Positions 1-13,879 of a stretch of DNA of 58,341 nucleotides are shown piece by piece. The stretch is from assembly GCA_964016885.1 (NCBI GenBank), contig CAXHJY010000209.1, forward strand, positions 1-58,341. The letters run 5' to 3'. Positions within the stretch are counted from its first letter, which is position 1. Each line of letters starts with the position of its first letter. The notes beneath the pieces are model-generated. The model saw only the letters and a list, made by a program, of their open reading frames with translations. It was not told where the DNA came from and made no database searches. The translations under genes and the position numbers were made by a program. Source of the stretch: Eledone cirrhosa. Lineage: Eukaryota.

Positions 1-27
1 ACCTGGTTCCTTACCACATTTCCTTCG

Positions 28-30
<3 letters not shown>
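1..30 (+). mobile_element. Terminus of the pLTR-like family also at 13133-13310 and 46301-46492
   Basis: ggttccttaccacatttccttcgtta is the reverse complement of taacgaaggaaatgtggtaaggaacc at 13133; it ends in (TA)n. Confidence 0.7.
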
Positions 31-588
<558 letters not shown>

Positions 589-631
589 TCCGATATTAAA
601 TAAATGGAAACTATATTTATAAAACCATATT

Positions 632-697
632 TATTTCATTATATATATTTCAGGGATATCATATTAACAATATGTTATGCCTTCTTCAGACAAAATA
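632..697 (-). ncRNA. Type I hammerhead ribozyme in the PLE-1 3' pLTR
   Basis: tattttgt-CTGAAGA-agg..catatt/aatatg..ccct-GAAA-tatata-TA-atgaaata; stem I has G-U pairs, stem III is palindromic. Confidence 0.75.
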
Positions 698-1539
698 CAA
701 TATAGACAGTTTTATAGATAAATAGATTTGACATACCGTTCAACATCGACTTGTATTTGAAAAAGTTGATTTGGCAGTGAAAAATTGTAAACAGAAAGAA
801 AGAAAGAAAGAAGGAAGGAAAGAAAGAAAGAAAACGAAGAAAAGGAAGAAATGCATGCAACAAAATAGAGAGATGGAAAGATAGATAAAGAGAAGAACTT
901 CATGTAAAGAAACAGAGAGAGATATATAGAGAGAGGAAATAGATAGAGATAGATATATATAGAGAAAAGTAGGTAGTTGAACATCCGTTGAATGACGTAT
1001 CAATGATACATTTATTTATTTATTTATTTATTTAGCTCTAGTATTAATGTAAGGGAGATATATGTGGTTAGGAAAGAAACCAGCCGTTATATATAGAGAA
1101 AAAATGTAAAGTAACCAGACATAGGCGAGGTAGAATTTAAAACCCTATGTTTGAATGTAGAAATATTAGTTCGTATAAAAACCAGGCACTATAATGTAAA
1201 TATCAGTATTCATGAATGAGACACGTATCTAAATGTGTGAAAAGTAATGATCTTATGTCTAGTTTAAAAATTCATATGTTTATATGATAACTACAAACAT
1301 CGATGTGAATTTACGTGATCAACTCTGCAAACTCCTATTTCACACGGAGAACATTCTCATTGTGCTATAAAAATTTAAGTATACATATATGTGTATATAT
1401 ACACATATATATAGAGTCTATATTAATTTTAATTTTAACAATACTATTCTTGTCTTTACTCTACATGATTATCTATCAAGCAGAAATAGAGAACAGATTT
1501 CAATATATTAATAAAAAATATCAGAAACAAAAACAAAAA

Positions 1540-1542
<3 letters not shown>

Positions 1543-1605
<63 letters not shown>

Positions 1606-1625
1606 TAATAATAATAATAAATAAA
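1543..1625. repeat. (TAA)n microsatellite in the PLE-1 3' UTR
   Basis: Direct reading. Confidence 0.95.
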
Positions 1626-2091
1626 TAAATAAAATAGAAAACTAAAAAATAAAAAATATTACATATTAAAAATAAAAATATTAAAAATATTAAAAAATAT
1701 TAAAATAATAAAAATAAAAATAAAAACATAGTATGCCACCCAAATCGACCACAAAGATCAACCCTTCAAAATTAATTGACAATATATTGCCAAGTTCATT
1801 ATAAGCATCAGAGTCGAAAACAGATAAAGCTAAAAATTATTTACCAAATCGCGTCTAGCAGAAATCATTTCAAAAGTTTAGGATGCCCATTTGGTCTACA
1901 TATGTTCTTATATTTAATATAGAAGTTTATCTAGTGTAACGTTTATTCGATATATTTGGAGCATCAACTTTTAGGGTAGATTAATTTTTCATGAAGAATG
2001 TTTAAAATAAAAATAAAAAGAAGAATAAAAAGAAGAAATCGAAAGATTTATCGGCTAGTTTCCCAAATAATTACAAATCAAACTAAATATA

Positions 2092-2712
2092 CTACATTTT
2101 AAATTTAAATTTATATTTAAAAGTTGAGTTCAATCTATGTTTGCAGCAACTGAATAAATTTGTCCGTAGATTAAGGGAATTTTTAGATTTTAGTATAAAG
2201 AATATCTCCTCCGCGCAGAGGTCACATGTCTCAGAGGATGAATTAAAAGGAATCCCTCTTGAGACTATATTCCAAGCCGTCGAATATCTAACGTTACCTT
2301 GCCTAAGTTGCCAGAGTACGCCTGATAGTGCTGTTGAAGATTTTTTGCTTGGATCTGTGAAAGAATTCTTGTGGTTATTATAGCGAAGTTTAAATTCCGT
2401 CGATGTGGAACCGACGTAGTTAAAAGAATTAGAGTCCGTTTTAACATTACAGTTGTATATTATATTTTTAACTAAGCAGTTGTTATTTAACGGACATTTA
2501 GATCTATCTCTACAGTTACATTTGTTAACTTGTATATTATTTATGCTATTATCGCTAGGTTTTAAGTTCCTATTATTTATTCTATTAATATTTTGTGGTA
2601 AATTTTTGGTGGATGAGTAGGTTAATTTTATAGTATGTCTATTGAAAATTGAGTGATACCTATGTGTTCTAGGGAAGCGATTATCAAGAGCTTTAAAAAA
2701 TAGTTTAGCGAT
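2092..2712 (-). pseudogene. PLE-1 zinc knuckle plus GIY-YIG endonuclease, frameshifted relative to the RT ORF
   Basis: Manual translation: CNCRDRSKCPLNNNCLVKNNIYNCNV...NYVGSTSTEFKLRYNNHKNSF...TALSGVLW...CDLCAEE...LN.R....CCKH. Confidence 0.85.
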
Positions 2713-4299
2713 TTAATGTTTAGTGAGAAAGGGGGGGGCAAACCATATTATGTTCCTAGTTCTATTTCTTTTTTGGCTTTTGGAATTATTGTAATGCTTT
2801 CTATTATAGTTGTTAAGGTTGTGGCCGTAATTAAAATAGTTGTTATTTTGTTTAGTTTGTCTATCATTATCTATGTACATAATCTTATCACTATATCCTG
2901 CTCTAGCTAACGCTTCATTGTAGTACTGGGCTTTTTCGTCGAAAATCTTTCTATTAGACGAGATTCTAGAGATACGTTTTTGAACAGAGTTTACTATAGA
3001 GTTTTTGACAGATCTGGGGTGGTTAGAGTTAAAGCTGACATAGTTTAAGTTTTCATTCAACTTGTGAAATGGATAGTGAAGACATGTGTTGAGATTTAAT
3101 GTTATATCTAGGAAATTGACTATTCTATGGTTGTTCTCAATTTCTAATTTTAGATTAAAGTAATTAAAAAATTGTGTAATTTGTTTTCTTTTTCTATTTA
3201 GTTCAGAGTTATTATTATCAATAAGTAAAAGCATGTCATCTCTATATAAACCTCCGGTAATACCAGGTATTTTCCTATGTAGCGAATTGATTAAAAATAA
3301 GCCCACAAGGTCAGTTACCTGAGCTGAGTCGGATGATCCCATAGTAATGTCAAAATTGCTATCTCTATCTGCTCTGGTCCATAGTTGGTCATTAAATTCT
3401 ATCAATGTTTTCCTAGCCGATAATATAATGTGCATTTCATTGCTAGTTAGGTCTGTATGTTTGAATGCGTAATTTAGTGCCTTATTTAGTAGATTAGGGG
3501 TAATAGAAGAATAATAGTTAGCAATATCAAGTTGAATAAACTTATTATTATTGTTATATTTAATTTGCTTAAACCACTCAACAACCTCTCCAGTTCCCTT
3601 CCACAAGCTCAGGTTAGGTAAACAATCCAAGTTTTTAATTTGCTGTATCACCCTGTCAAGAATGTTTTTGCTTAATTTGCCCAGGTCCGATTTTGATGGT
3701 GCGATCAATCTAACTGGCAAGTCATTTTCAAAATTCCTTTTGTGATCTTTCATATTGATCTTCGGTTTCCTGGGCACGAAAGGTTGTGTTCTGTTCTCAA
3801 TTTCCAACTCGTGCATTATACAAGATGCTTCAACATTCATTTTCTCAAGCTCGGCCTTATCTGCTACCTTGTACTTTTTCCTGAGTTCCTTCAGTATGAG
3901 GCCATTATACATGTCTTTCTGCACTCCATAGAGGTTGTTGGTCTTGTCAGATTTCACCAAGATCTTCTCAGTTTTCTCTAAGCTCTCAATATTATCCTTA
4001 ATGCCTTTCAGATATTCCTGGTCTTTGAAGTTTCTCTTGAATTTGACCCCTTGTATGATAGAAATTATATCGTTTTCAAAGTCAGATAAAAGTTTGTTAG
4101 GGGGTGGATTTCTTTTAGATTTGAAAACTTTGTTTAAGTCCGAGACATTTTCATTTATATTAGATTTATCAAAGTGGAATGCTCGCCACCTGATTCTCCT
4201 TATAAAAGAGTCAGATTTATCTATTAATTGTTTTATAAAGTCTTTGTTTCTAGGTAGAGGTATGTCTTTTAAAGAGGAAGTAATCTTAAAGAATTCCAT
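2713..4299 (-). CDS. Penelope-like (Naiad-type) reverse transcriptase; 528 aa open segment ending at a frameshift in a homopolymer run
   Basis: RRIRWRAFHF, VKSDKTNNLY, KDHK..F....PVRLIAPSKSDLGKLSK, QLDIANYYSSI, FDITMGSSDSAQ, GGLYRDD, VNFLDITLNL, SNHP, IIWFAPPF. Confidence 0.92.
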   Translation of the reverse strand: MEFFKITSSLKDIPLPRNKDFIKQLIDKSDSFIRRIRWRAFHFDKSNINENVSDLNKVFKSKRNPPPNKLLSDFENDIISIIQGVKFKRNFKDQEYLKGIKDNIESLEKTEKILVKSDKTNNLYGVQKDMYNGLILKELRKKYKVADKAELEKMNVEASCIMHELEIENRTQPFVPRKPKINMKDHKRNFENDLPVRLIAPSKSDLGKLSKNILDRVIQQIKNLDCLPNLSLWKGTGEVVEWFKQIKYNNNNKFIQLDIANYYSSITPNLLNKALNYAFKHTDLTSNEMHIILSARKTLIEFNDQLWTRADRDSNFDITMGSSDSAQVTDLVGLFLINSLHRKIPGITGGLYRDDMLLLIDNNNSELNRKRKQITQFFNYFNLKLEIENNHRIVNFLDITLNLNTCLHYPFHKLNENLNYVSFNSNHPRSVKNSIVNSVQKRISRISSNRKIFDEKAQYYNEALARAGYSDKIMYIDNDRQTKQNNNYFNYGHNLNNYNRKHYNNSKSQKRNRTRNIIWFAPPFLTKH

Positions 4300-4413
4300 T
4301 TTTTTCAGTTATAATATAAAGCGCTCAACAGTATTGGAGCAAGATACATGGAAAGTTATATTTAAATTGTTGGGTTACAACTAGTAAATATTTATAACTG
4401 ATATAAAAGCACT

Positions 4414-4660
4414 ATATACAATATCTCTATATATATATACAATCTCTATATATATATATACAATATATATATATACAATATATATATATATACAATATAT
4501 ATATATACAATATATATATTTATATACAATATATATATATATATATACAATATATGTATATATATACAATATATATATTTATATACAATATATATATATA
4601 CAATATATATATATACCATATATATATATATATACAATATATATATATATATATATATAT

Positions 4661-4747
<87 letters not shown>

Positions 4748-4789
4748 TATATATATATATATATATATATTTAATATATATATATATAT

Positions 4790-4829
<40 letters not shown>
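4414..4829. repeat. (TA)nCAA array
   Basis: Direct reading. Confidence 0.95.
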
Positions 4830-4833
<4 letters not shown>

Positions 4834-6493
4834 CCAAGAGGCGATTAGGGAAATGAAAGATGGTATGGCTGCCGGACCATCGGGAATAGCTGCTGAGATG
4901 CTGAAGGCATCAGGGGACGTAGGCACTAAACTGGTTACACGCATCATCAATCAGGCAATATATGGTGGTGTCATACTCAAAGACTGGTGCAGCAGTATTT
5001 TCATAAATTGCTACAAAGGTAAAGGGGATGCTTTGGAGAAGAGCAATTATAAGGGTATAAAACTGATAGATCAGGTTATGAATGTGGCAGAAAGGATTTT
5101 AGCACAACTAATTAGAGAAAGGGTCCAACTAGATGAGATGCAGTTTGGTTTTGTGCTTGGGAAGAGTACAACAGATGCCCTTTTCTTGGTGAGACAATTG
5201 CAAGAGAGGTTCATAGAGAAGAATAAGCCACTATACTTAGCCTTTGTTGACCTAGAGAAGGCCTTTGATAGGGTACCCCGATCTGTCATCTGGTGGTCCC
5301 TAAGGAAGCCAGGTGTTGAGGAATGGCTTGTGAGGACAGTGCAAAACTTTGTACAGAGGTACTCTCAGTAAAGTCAGGGTAGGAATGGAGTTTAGTGAGG
5401 AATTCCAGATACAAGTAGGAGTACATCAGGGTTCGGTCCTCAGCCCGCTCTTGTTCATTATAGTCCTCCAAGCCATAACAGAGGAGTTTAAGACTGGCTG
5501 TCCATGGGAACTTCTCTATGCTGACGATCTGGTTCTTATAGCAGAATCAGTAGAGGAGCTAGAGAATAAATTCTGGGTATGGAAACAGCAGTTGGAAGCA
5601 AGAGGACTGAGAGTGAATCTAGCTAAGACAAAAGTGTTGATGAGTAGAAAAGAACAAAACCCTGATTCCGTCAGGGAAATTGCTATGTTCGATATGCAGA
5701 AAAGGAACTGGCATAAATTCTATAAAATGCACACAATGCAGATCCTGGGTACACAAGAGGTGTAGCGGGATAGCAGGGAAACTAACAGGTAGGGAGAAAT
5801 ATGTATGCAGTAGATGTACAGGGAAATTAGACAGTAGAAGTCGCACTGATAGACACATTTTTCAAATGCAAGAGGGCGCTATAGAAGTGGTGGATAGCTT
5901 CCGGTACCTAGGAGCTCAGATTAGCATGGGAGGAGGGTGTTCCGAGGCCATAGTATCTAGAATAAGGATGGGTTGGAAGAAGTTTAGGGAGCTGCTTCCT
6001 CTGTTGACGAAGAAGGGTTTCTCCCTGCGTACGAAAGGCTGGTTGTATGATGCCTGTGTGAGGAGCGCGATGCTGCATGGGAGTGAGACGTGGGCAGCAA
6101 GTGGAGAGGATATGCGACGGCTGGAGAGAAATGAGGCAAGCATGCTCCGTTGGATGTGCAGTGTAAATGTGCGTGAACGACCCAGCATAAATGTGTTGAG
6201 AGAGAAATTGTGTCTGAGAGGGATAGAATGTAGTGTACGGGAGAGGAGACTGAGGTGGTATGGACATGTGATGCGCATGGAGGATGAGCGATGGGTGAAG
6301 AAGTGCCAGGAATTGCCAGTTGAGGGAAGACGTGGTACAGGTAGACCACGAAAAACATGGGCGGAGGTGGTGAGAACAGACCACAGATCATTGAAGCTCA
6401 CGGTGGAGATGACGAGGGACCGTGACGAGTGGAGAGATGCTGTGCTGAATAAGACCCGTCCCACCCTTGCAAGCAGGGAAAAGCGGACGTAAA

Positions 6494-6525
<32 letters not shown>
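4830..6525 (+). mobile_element. 5'-truncated RTE-clade LINE (RT, PHD-like Cys insert, C-terminus); frameshifted; (GAT)n tail
   Basis: ORFs 4853-5371, 5349-5765 and 5680-6492 carry KGKGDAL, QFGF, FVDLEKAFDRVPR, GVHQGSVLSPLLF, LLYADDL, CxxC..C..C.WVHKRC, GSETW, RLRWYGHV, GRPRKTW; tail (GAT)n at 6494-6525. Confidence 0.93.
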
Positions 6526-7444
<919 letters not shown>

Positions 7445-7450
<6 letters not shown>

Positions 7451-8051
7451 ATTAAAATAACAGATTAAAATTTTAGCAAAGAATCGCTGCTTTCACTCTT
7501 AACAGGATCTCCTGAAGAACCCGTGAAAGCAGCGATTCTTTGCTTAATCTTTACTCTGTTATTTTAATAAATATTTGCTCTATGGATCTTAAATATTTGA
7601 TATATATTTATCCTTATCGAGCCCTCTTCGTTTTTTTCGTTCATTGCCAGAGAACGTCTCTATGCACCACCTAAGACAACATTAGTCTACGACCTCTATT
7701 ATACCATAAACGTGGTTCTGTCTTTGCGCGTCATTGTTTTTCACCGCTCCTATTAATGACGTATTATTCGTTTTTTCCCGTTCTTTGCCAGCGAACTTTT
7801 CCACGAACCTAAGTATCGTCTTCCTGTCTTCCTCCGGTTGCAACGTTTTTTTAAATATCCAGTCCTGCGTTTAGAGATTGACTTTGTTAGTTTCAGAAGA
7901 TCCCGTTAAGGGTGAAAGCAGCGATTCTTTGCTTAACTTTAATCTGTAATTTTAATAAATATTTGCTCTACGCTTCTTATATATTTGATATATATTTATG
8001 CTTATCGAGCCGTCTTTGGATTTTAGTCTTCAAATTTATTATTATTACTAT

Positions 8052-8052
<1 letters not shown>
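7445..8052 (+). mobile_element. Solo pLTR of the PLE-3 family with a short inverted 5' copy
   Basis: 7630-7960 matches 20430-20757; 7445-7497 is the reverse complement of 7523-7574. Confidence 0.85.
7889..7938 (+). ncRNA. Hammerhead-like motif with a CAGAAGA core (PLE-3 family)
   Basis: agttt-CAGAAGA-tcccgttaagggt-GAAA-gca..tgc-TT-aact; paralogs at 17417-17467(-), 20689-20737(+), 30368-30418(-). Confidence 0.6.
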
Positions 8053-9255
<1,203 letters not shown>

Positions 9256-9256
<1 letters not shown>

Positions 9257-12200
9257 TGGAAAATTTGAACAGGAACAAAACAGAGAGGCAGTACAACGAG
9301 TGTTTATTAATTTCACGCTCTGGAGAGTGGGGTGGTGGTGGAGAACGACGTTTCGGGCATAAGTCCTTCCTCAGGTGAGAAGTGTGTGGGAACAGAGTTC
9401 AAAGGGTGTGTAGGGGAGTGGTGGAGAGACATATAGCGAAAGGAAACGGTGCGAATGAAATTAAAAATAAAAATAAAAATAAATATAAAAATAAAAATAA
9501 AAATAAAGCATGATCAAAATACAAGGAATGAAATAAAATTTAATATAAAAGCATGATCAAAATAACTGAAATAAAAAGGGGGTAAAACAGGTGGTGGAAG
9601 GATGTGGGGTGTTGGGGTGGGTGGCGGGTGAAGTGGGGAGAGGGAGACGGGGTGTCCGAGCGGGGAGGACTAAAGGTGGTGTGTGTGTGTGTAGGTGTAC
9701 GTGTGTGTGTGTGTGTGTGTGGATGAGAAAGTAAGGGTTGGGGGAAGAACGGGGTTGCATGTTCAGGAAGAGGTGTGTGTGTGTGTGTGGGGGGGGGGTT
9801 GTAGGTCGGAGTGTCTGTGCGTGTGTTGATAGAGGGGTGGGGGAGAGGAATCAGAAGGCTGAGTGTGTAAATATGTGGTGGAAAGCACGTGTGTGTGTGG
9901 TTTAAGCGTGTTGTGGGTGTAGGTGGCGTGTGGAGAAAAAAATTTGTTTGGGGTGTGTGTGTGGGTGAGTTATATAGATGGTTCCGTAAGAGGATGGTTG
10001 AAAAGTTGGTAAAATCCTATGGTGTTTAGTGGATTATGTGGTGGTCAAGTTCAGCATACGATTATTCCATGAAGAGATGGTCGGAAGAGGAGAGATGTGG
10101 GGTGCGTGCGCAACAGAAAGTGGTCAAGCAGTGGGAGTGCTGTGTGTCTGTTTGTGCTGGGAGGTGGTCAGAGGGCATAGCAGCAGTCGGTGGAATGGTA
10201 AAGGGCGAGGATGGGGAGGTGTGAAAGTTGGAGTGGAGAGAGTGTGTGTGTGTGTATTAGTAGAGGTGTTAGTGGGATGAGTCAGTGTGGAGCGAGGGTG
10301 TGGGTGGAGCGAGGAGAGAAGGGTGTGTGTAGTTCTATGGAGGGAGTGTGGTGTTGTGGTGTGTGTGTAGTTTGATGAAGGGGTGTTAGTATACGGGAGG
10401 TGGGATGGGTTGAATGCAGGTTTGAGTGGGGGTTAGTGGTGGTAGGGTGTGTAGAGTTGGTGGTGTACGAGGGTGTGTGGGTACGTGTGCGTGGGGTTGG
10501 GGTATGTTAGTGATGTTAGTTGCGTGTGGGGTGGGTGGTGTAAGTGGGTGCGTGTGTTCGTGTGCTTGGGGTTAGGGGGTGTTAGTGAGGTTAGTTGCGG
10601 GGTGGTAGGATGGAGGTGTGGGGGTGAGGGTTAGTGGTGGTAGTAGGGTCTGTGTATAGTGTGATCGCGTGTATATATGTGCCGGTGGGTGTGTGCGTGT
10701 CATAAGGAGGGGGAGGAGGAGAAGAAGGGAGGGATGTTAGTATGTTAGTTGGGGAAGGGTGGTCGGATGAGGGGTGGAGTGGAGGTGTTAGTATTGTTAG
10801 TTGTGGGGTGGGCGGTGAAAAGAAGGGGTGTGTTAGTGGTGTTAGTGGGGGATAAGTGTGGGGGGGAGGGGGGCGGTCGAAGGCTAAAGGAATAAGGGTG
10901 GGGAGTTCAGGCAGGGGGGATTGTGGTTCTGTAAGATGAAGATAGTTCTTTGTTCGACTCTAAGGCGATTGGCGGGTGTTCCGTGGCATTGGAGTAGGCC
11001 ACAGACTGTGAGATGGCGTGCGGAATCTCCAGGGCCACCAAAGTGGCGGGCGATGGGGGAACTGTCTCCGAGACGAATATCCCGGAGGTGCTCAGTGAAT
11101 CGGTCCGCCATGCGACGTCCCGTCTGTCCGACATAAATCGCGCTGCACTCTGTGCAGCGAAATCCGTAGACTAGGTTGGAGGAGGTGCAGCGGAAGGCAT
11201 GCCGAACAGAGAGAGAGTGGCCGTTGGGACCCTGTAAGGTGGTGGTGTTGGTGATGTGGGGACAGGTGTTGCAGCGGGGCCTAGAACAGGGAAAGGAACG
11301 GGGGGGGCATGTGTTGGGGGGGGGAGTGTGGAGGAGGAGGGTGCGGAGATTCCGTGCGCGTTTGAAGGAGGGGAGTGGTGGGGCTGGGAAGATGTGGGAG
11401 GTGGAGGGTTTCGACTGGAGGCGTCGGAAGAGGCGGCGGATGGTTCGGTGGAGGGGTTAGGTGGAGGGTGGTAGGTGATGGGGAAGGGGAGACGTTGGGT
11501 GGGTGTGCGGTGGCGTGGGGTGAGGGTGGAGGAGCGGTGGACAGCACGGGCGCGGGTGAGAGCGGTGTGGACGAGAGAGGAGCGTAACCTCTGCGGATGA
11601 AATGGCTGACTATGGAAAGGGCCTGGAACTCGAAGTCAGCATCTCGGCTACAGATGCGGCGGATCCTAAGAAGCTGGGAGTAGGGAATGAAGTGTTTAGT
11701 GTGGGTGGGGTGGGGAAGAGGTGAAGTCGAGGTAAGAGTGGGAGTCGGTGGGTTTGAAGAAGGCGGAGGTGACGAGGGAGTGGTGGGAGGGGTCGAAGGC
11801 GAAGGAGATGTCTATGAAGTGGCCGTGGGTGGTGGAGATAGAGGTGGTGAAGTGGAGGGAGGGGTGGAAGGAGCAGAAGAAGGAGAGAAAGGAGTCGAGC
11901 TGTTCTCGGGTGAGGGTCGGAGCTCCGATACAGTCGTCAATGTAACGACCGTACAGTTCGGGCGTGGGGCCGGTGTACTGGGCAAAGATTTGGGCCTCAA
12001 CATGGCCAACAAAAGGTTGGCATAGTTCGGGCCCATTCTTGTACCCATGGCTACCCCCGTGACCTGTTGGTAAAACTCACCCGAGAAGGAGAAACAATTT
12101 AGGGTGAGGACCAGCTCGGCGAGGCGAAGGAGGTGGGGATGGAGGGAATGGGGGAGGGGCGAAGGTCGAGGTAGTGTTTGAGGCGAGTAGGCCGTCGCGT

Positions 12201-12331
12201 GGGGGATGACGGTATAGAGGGACTTGATGTCTAGGGTGAAGAGGAAGGGCTGTGGGCCGGGTGGGTAGGTGAAGGAGTCGAAAAGGCGCAGGGCGTGGTT
12301 GGTGTCGGATATGTGGGAGGGGAGGGTGGTG
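9256..12331 (-). mobile_element. GC-rich Neptune-like PLE copy 1: 5'-truncated, degenerate RT plus GIY-YIG, ~1.6 kb 3' UTR
   Basis: Manual translation: LDIKSLY, LVLTLNCFSFSGEFYQQVTGVAMGTRMGPNYANL, RYIDDC, KPTDSHSYL, IPYSQLLRIRRICS, then CxxC..SSNLVY..RC..C...YVGQT.R..DRFTEHLRDI; ORF ends at 10884. Confidence 0.9.
9344..9379 (-). ncRNA. Minimal hammerhead-like motif in the Neptune-like pLTR
   Basis: CTGAGGA-aggac-ttat-gccc-GAAAcgtcg; copy 2 at 15261-15296 has a perfect gggc/gccc stem II; stems I and III unclear. Confidence 0.55.
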
Positions 12332-12352
12332 ATACATATACATATATATATA

Positions 12353-12413
<61 letters not shown>

Positions 12414-12517
12414 CAATATATATATATATATATCAATATATATATATATATACAATATATATATATATAAACAATATATATATATATATATACAATATAT
12501 ATATATATATATATACA

Positions 12518-12574
<57 letters not shown>

Positions 12575-12582
12575 ATATATAT

Positions 12583-12613
<31 letters not shown>

Positions 12614-12692
12614 TACTATATATATACAATATATATATATGTATATACAATATATATATATATATATACAATATATATACATATATATATAT

Positions 12693-12749
<57 letters not shown>

Positions 12750-12867
12750 TATATATATATAACTATATATATATTTACAATATATATATATATATATATA
12801 TACATATATATACATATATATATATATATACAATATATATATATATTTACAATATATATATATATAT

Positions 12868-12907
<40 letters not shown>

Positions 12908-12948
12908 ATATATATATATATATACAATATATATATATATATAAATAT

Positions 12949-12986
<38 letters not shown>

Positions 12987-13067
12987 TTATTCCGGGTTGA
13001 ATCGGAGGTAACCACAGTAAGTAAAGTACTCAATATATATATATAAAATATATATATATATATATAC

Positions 13068-13115
<48 letters not shown>

Positions 13116-13133
13116 CAATATATACATATATAT
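12332..13133. repeat. (TA)nCAA array with a 50 bp pLTR-terminus fragment (12986-13035) of the PLE-4 family
   Basis: gttattccgggttgaatcggaggtaaccacagtaagtaa.gtactcaata matches 39352-39401. Confidence 0.9.
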
Positions 13134-13307
13134 AACGAAGGAAATGTGGTAAGGAACCTGATGGACCATAACGCACCAAAGTACTCAATACTTAGGGTAG
13201 TAGAGTGGGTAATAGGAACGAGTTGGACCCCGACGGCTGAGCTCAAGCCGTTTCGACGGCTAATTCTGGACTAAATGGTTTAGTCCAGAATTAGCCGTCG
13301 ACTCATT

Positions 13308-13310
<3 letters not shown>
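13133..13310 (-). mobile_element. pLTR-like fragment with a 5'-truncated hammerhead
   Basis: On minus: ATGAGTC, a ~21 bp hairpin, then GAAAcggct..agccGTC-ggggtc; paralog at 46301-46492. Confidence 0.65.
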
Positions 13311-13355
<45 letters not shown>

Positions 13356-13476
13356 TATATACTTAGGGTAAATATTGATGCAATCCAAACGTACCCAACG
13401 TACTTTTTCCACATAGGAGTGACGGAGTAAATATCGAATAAGTAATAGCGAAGTAGTTTCAGATGTTCCAGTTCTT

Positions 13477-13670
13477 TAATAATAATTGTTTCTACTTGAG
13501 GCACAAGGCCAGAAATTACTCAGTGCATTACTGGTACTTTTTTTTATCGACCCCGTAAGGATGAAAGGCAAAGTCAACCTCGGCGGGATTTGAACTCAGA
13601 TCGTAAAGGGACGGAACTATGTTGGAAAGCATGGCGTCCGACCCTCTACCGATACTGCCAATCCGCCGCC
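13477..13670 (-). mobile_element. tRNA-derived SINE (subfamily 1) with a Nin/Deu-like central domain
   Basis: A-box-like tggcagtatcgg, B-box gagttcaaatccc, gcctttcatccttacggggtcgataaa..gtaccag, (TTA)n tail. Confidence 0.88.
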
Positions 13671-13676
13671 AGTCTT

Positions 13677-13873
13677 TAATAATAATTGTTTCTACTTTTG
13701 GCACAAGGCCAGCAATTACCCAGTGTATTACTGGTACTTTATTTTATCGACCCCATAAGGATGAAAGGCAAAGTTAACCTCGGCGGGATTTGAACTCAGA
13801 ATGGCAAGGGCCGTAACTCTATGCGTCAAAGCATGGCGTCCGACCCTCTACCGATACTGCCAATCCACTGGCC
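13677..13873 (-). mobile_element. tRNA-derived SINE (subfamily 2), tandem to the previous copy
   Basis: Same boxes; diagnostic ctttgacgcatagagttacggcccttgccatt shared with 51243. Confidence 0.88.
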
Positions 13874-13879
13874 ATTAAT

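Larger units (their letters stand above)
590..4414 (-). mobile_element. Near full-length Penelope-like retroelement, Naiad-type (PLE-1)
   Basis: RT plus C-terminal GIY-YIG, long AT-rich 3' UTR, HHR-bearing 3' pLTR (590-745). Both ends (590-745 and 4320-4414) match the pLTR paralog at 33269-33500. Flanked by TA arrays. Confidence 0.9.

Noticed and set aside
13477-13873. tRNA genes or a CRISPR-like repeat
   Set aside because: The A/B boxes belong to SINE heads with no cloverleaf; the context is eukaryotic with no repeat-spacer periodicity.
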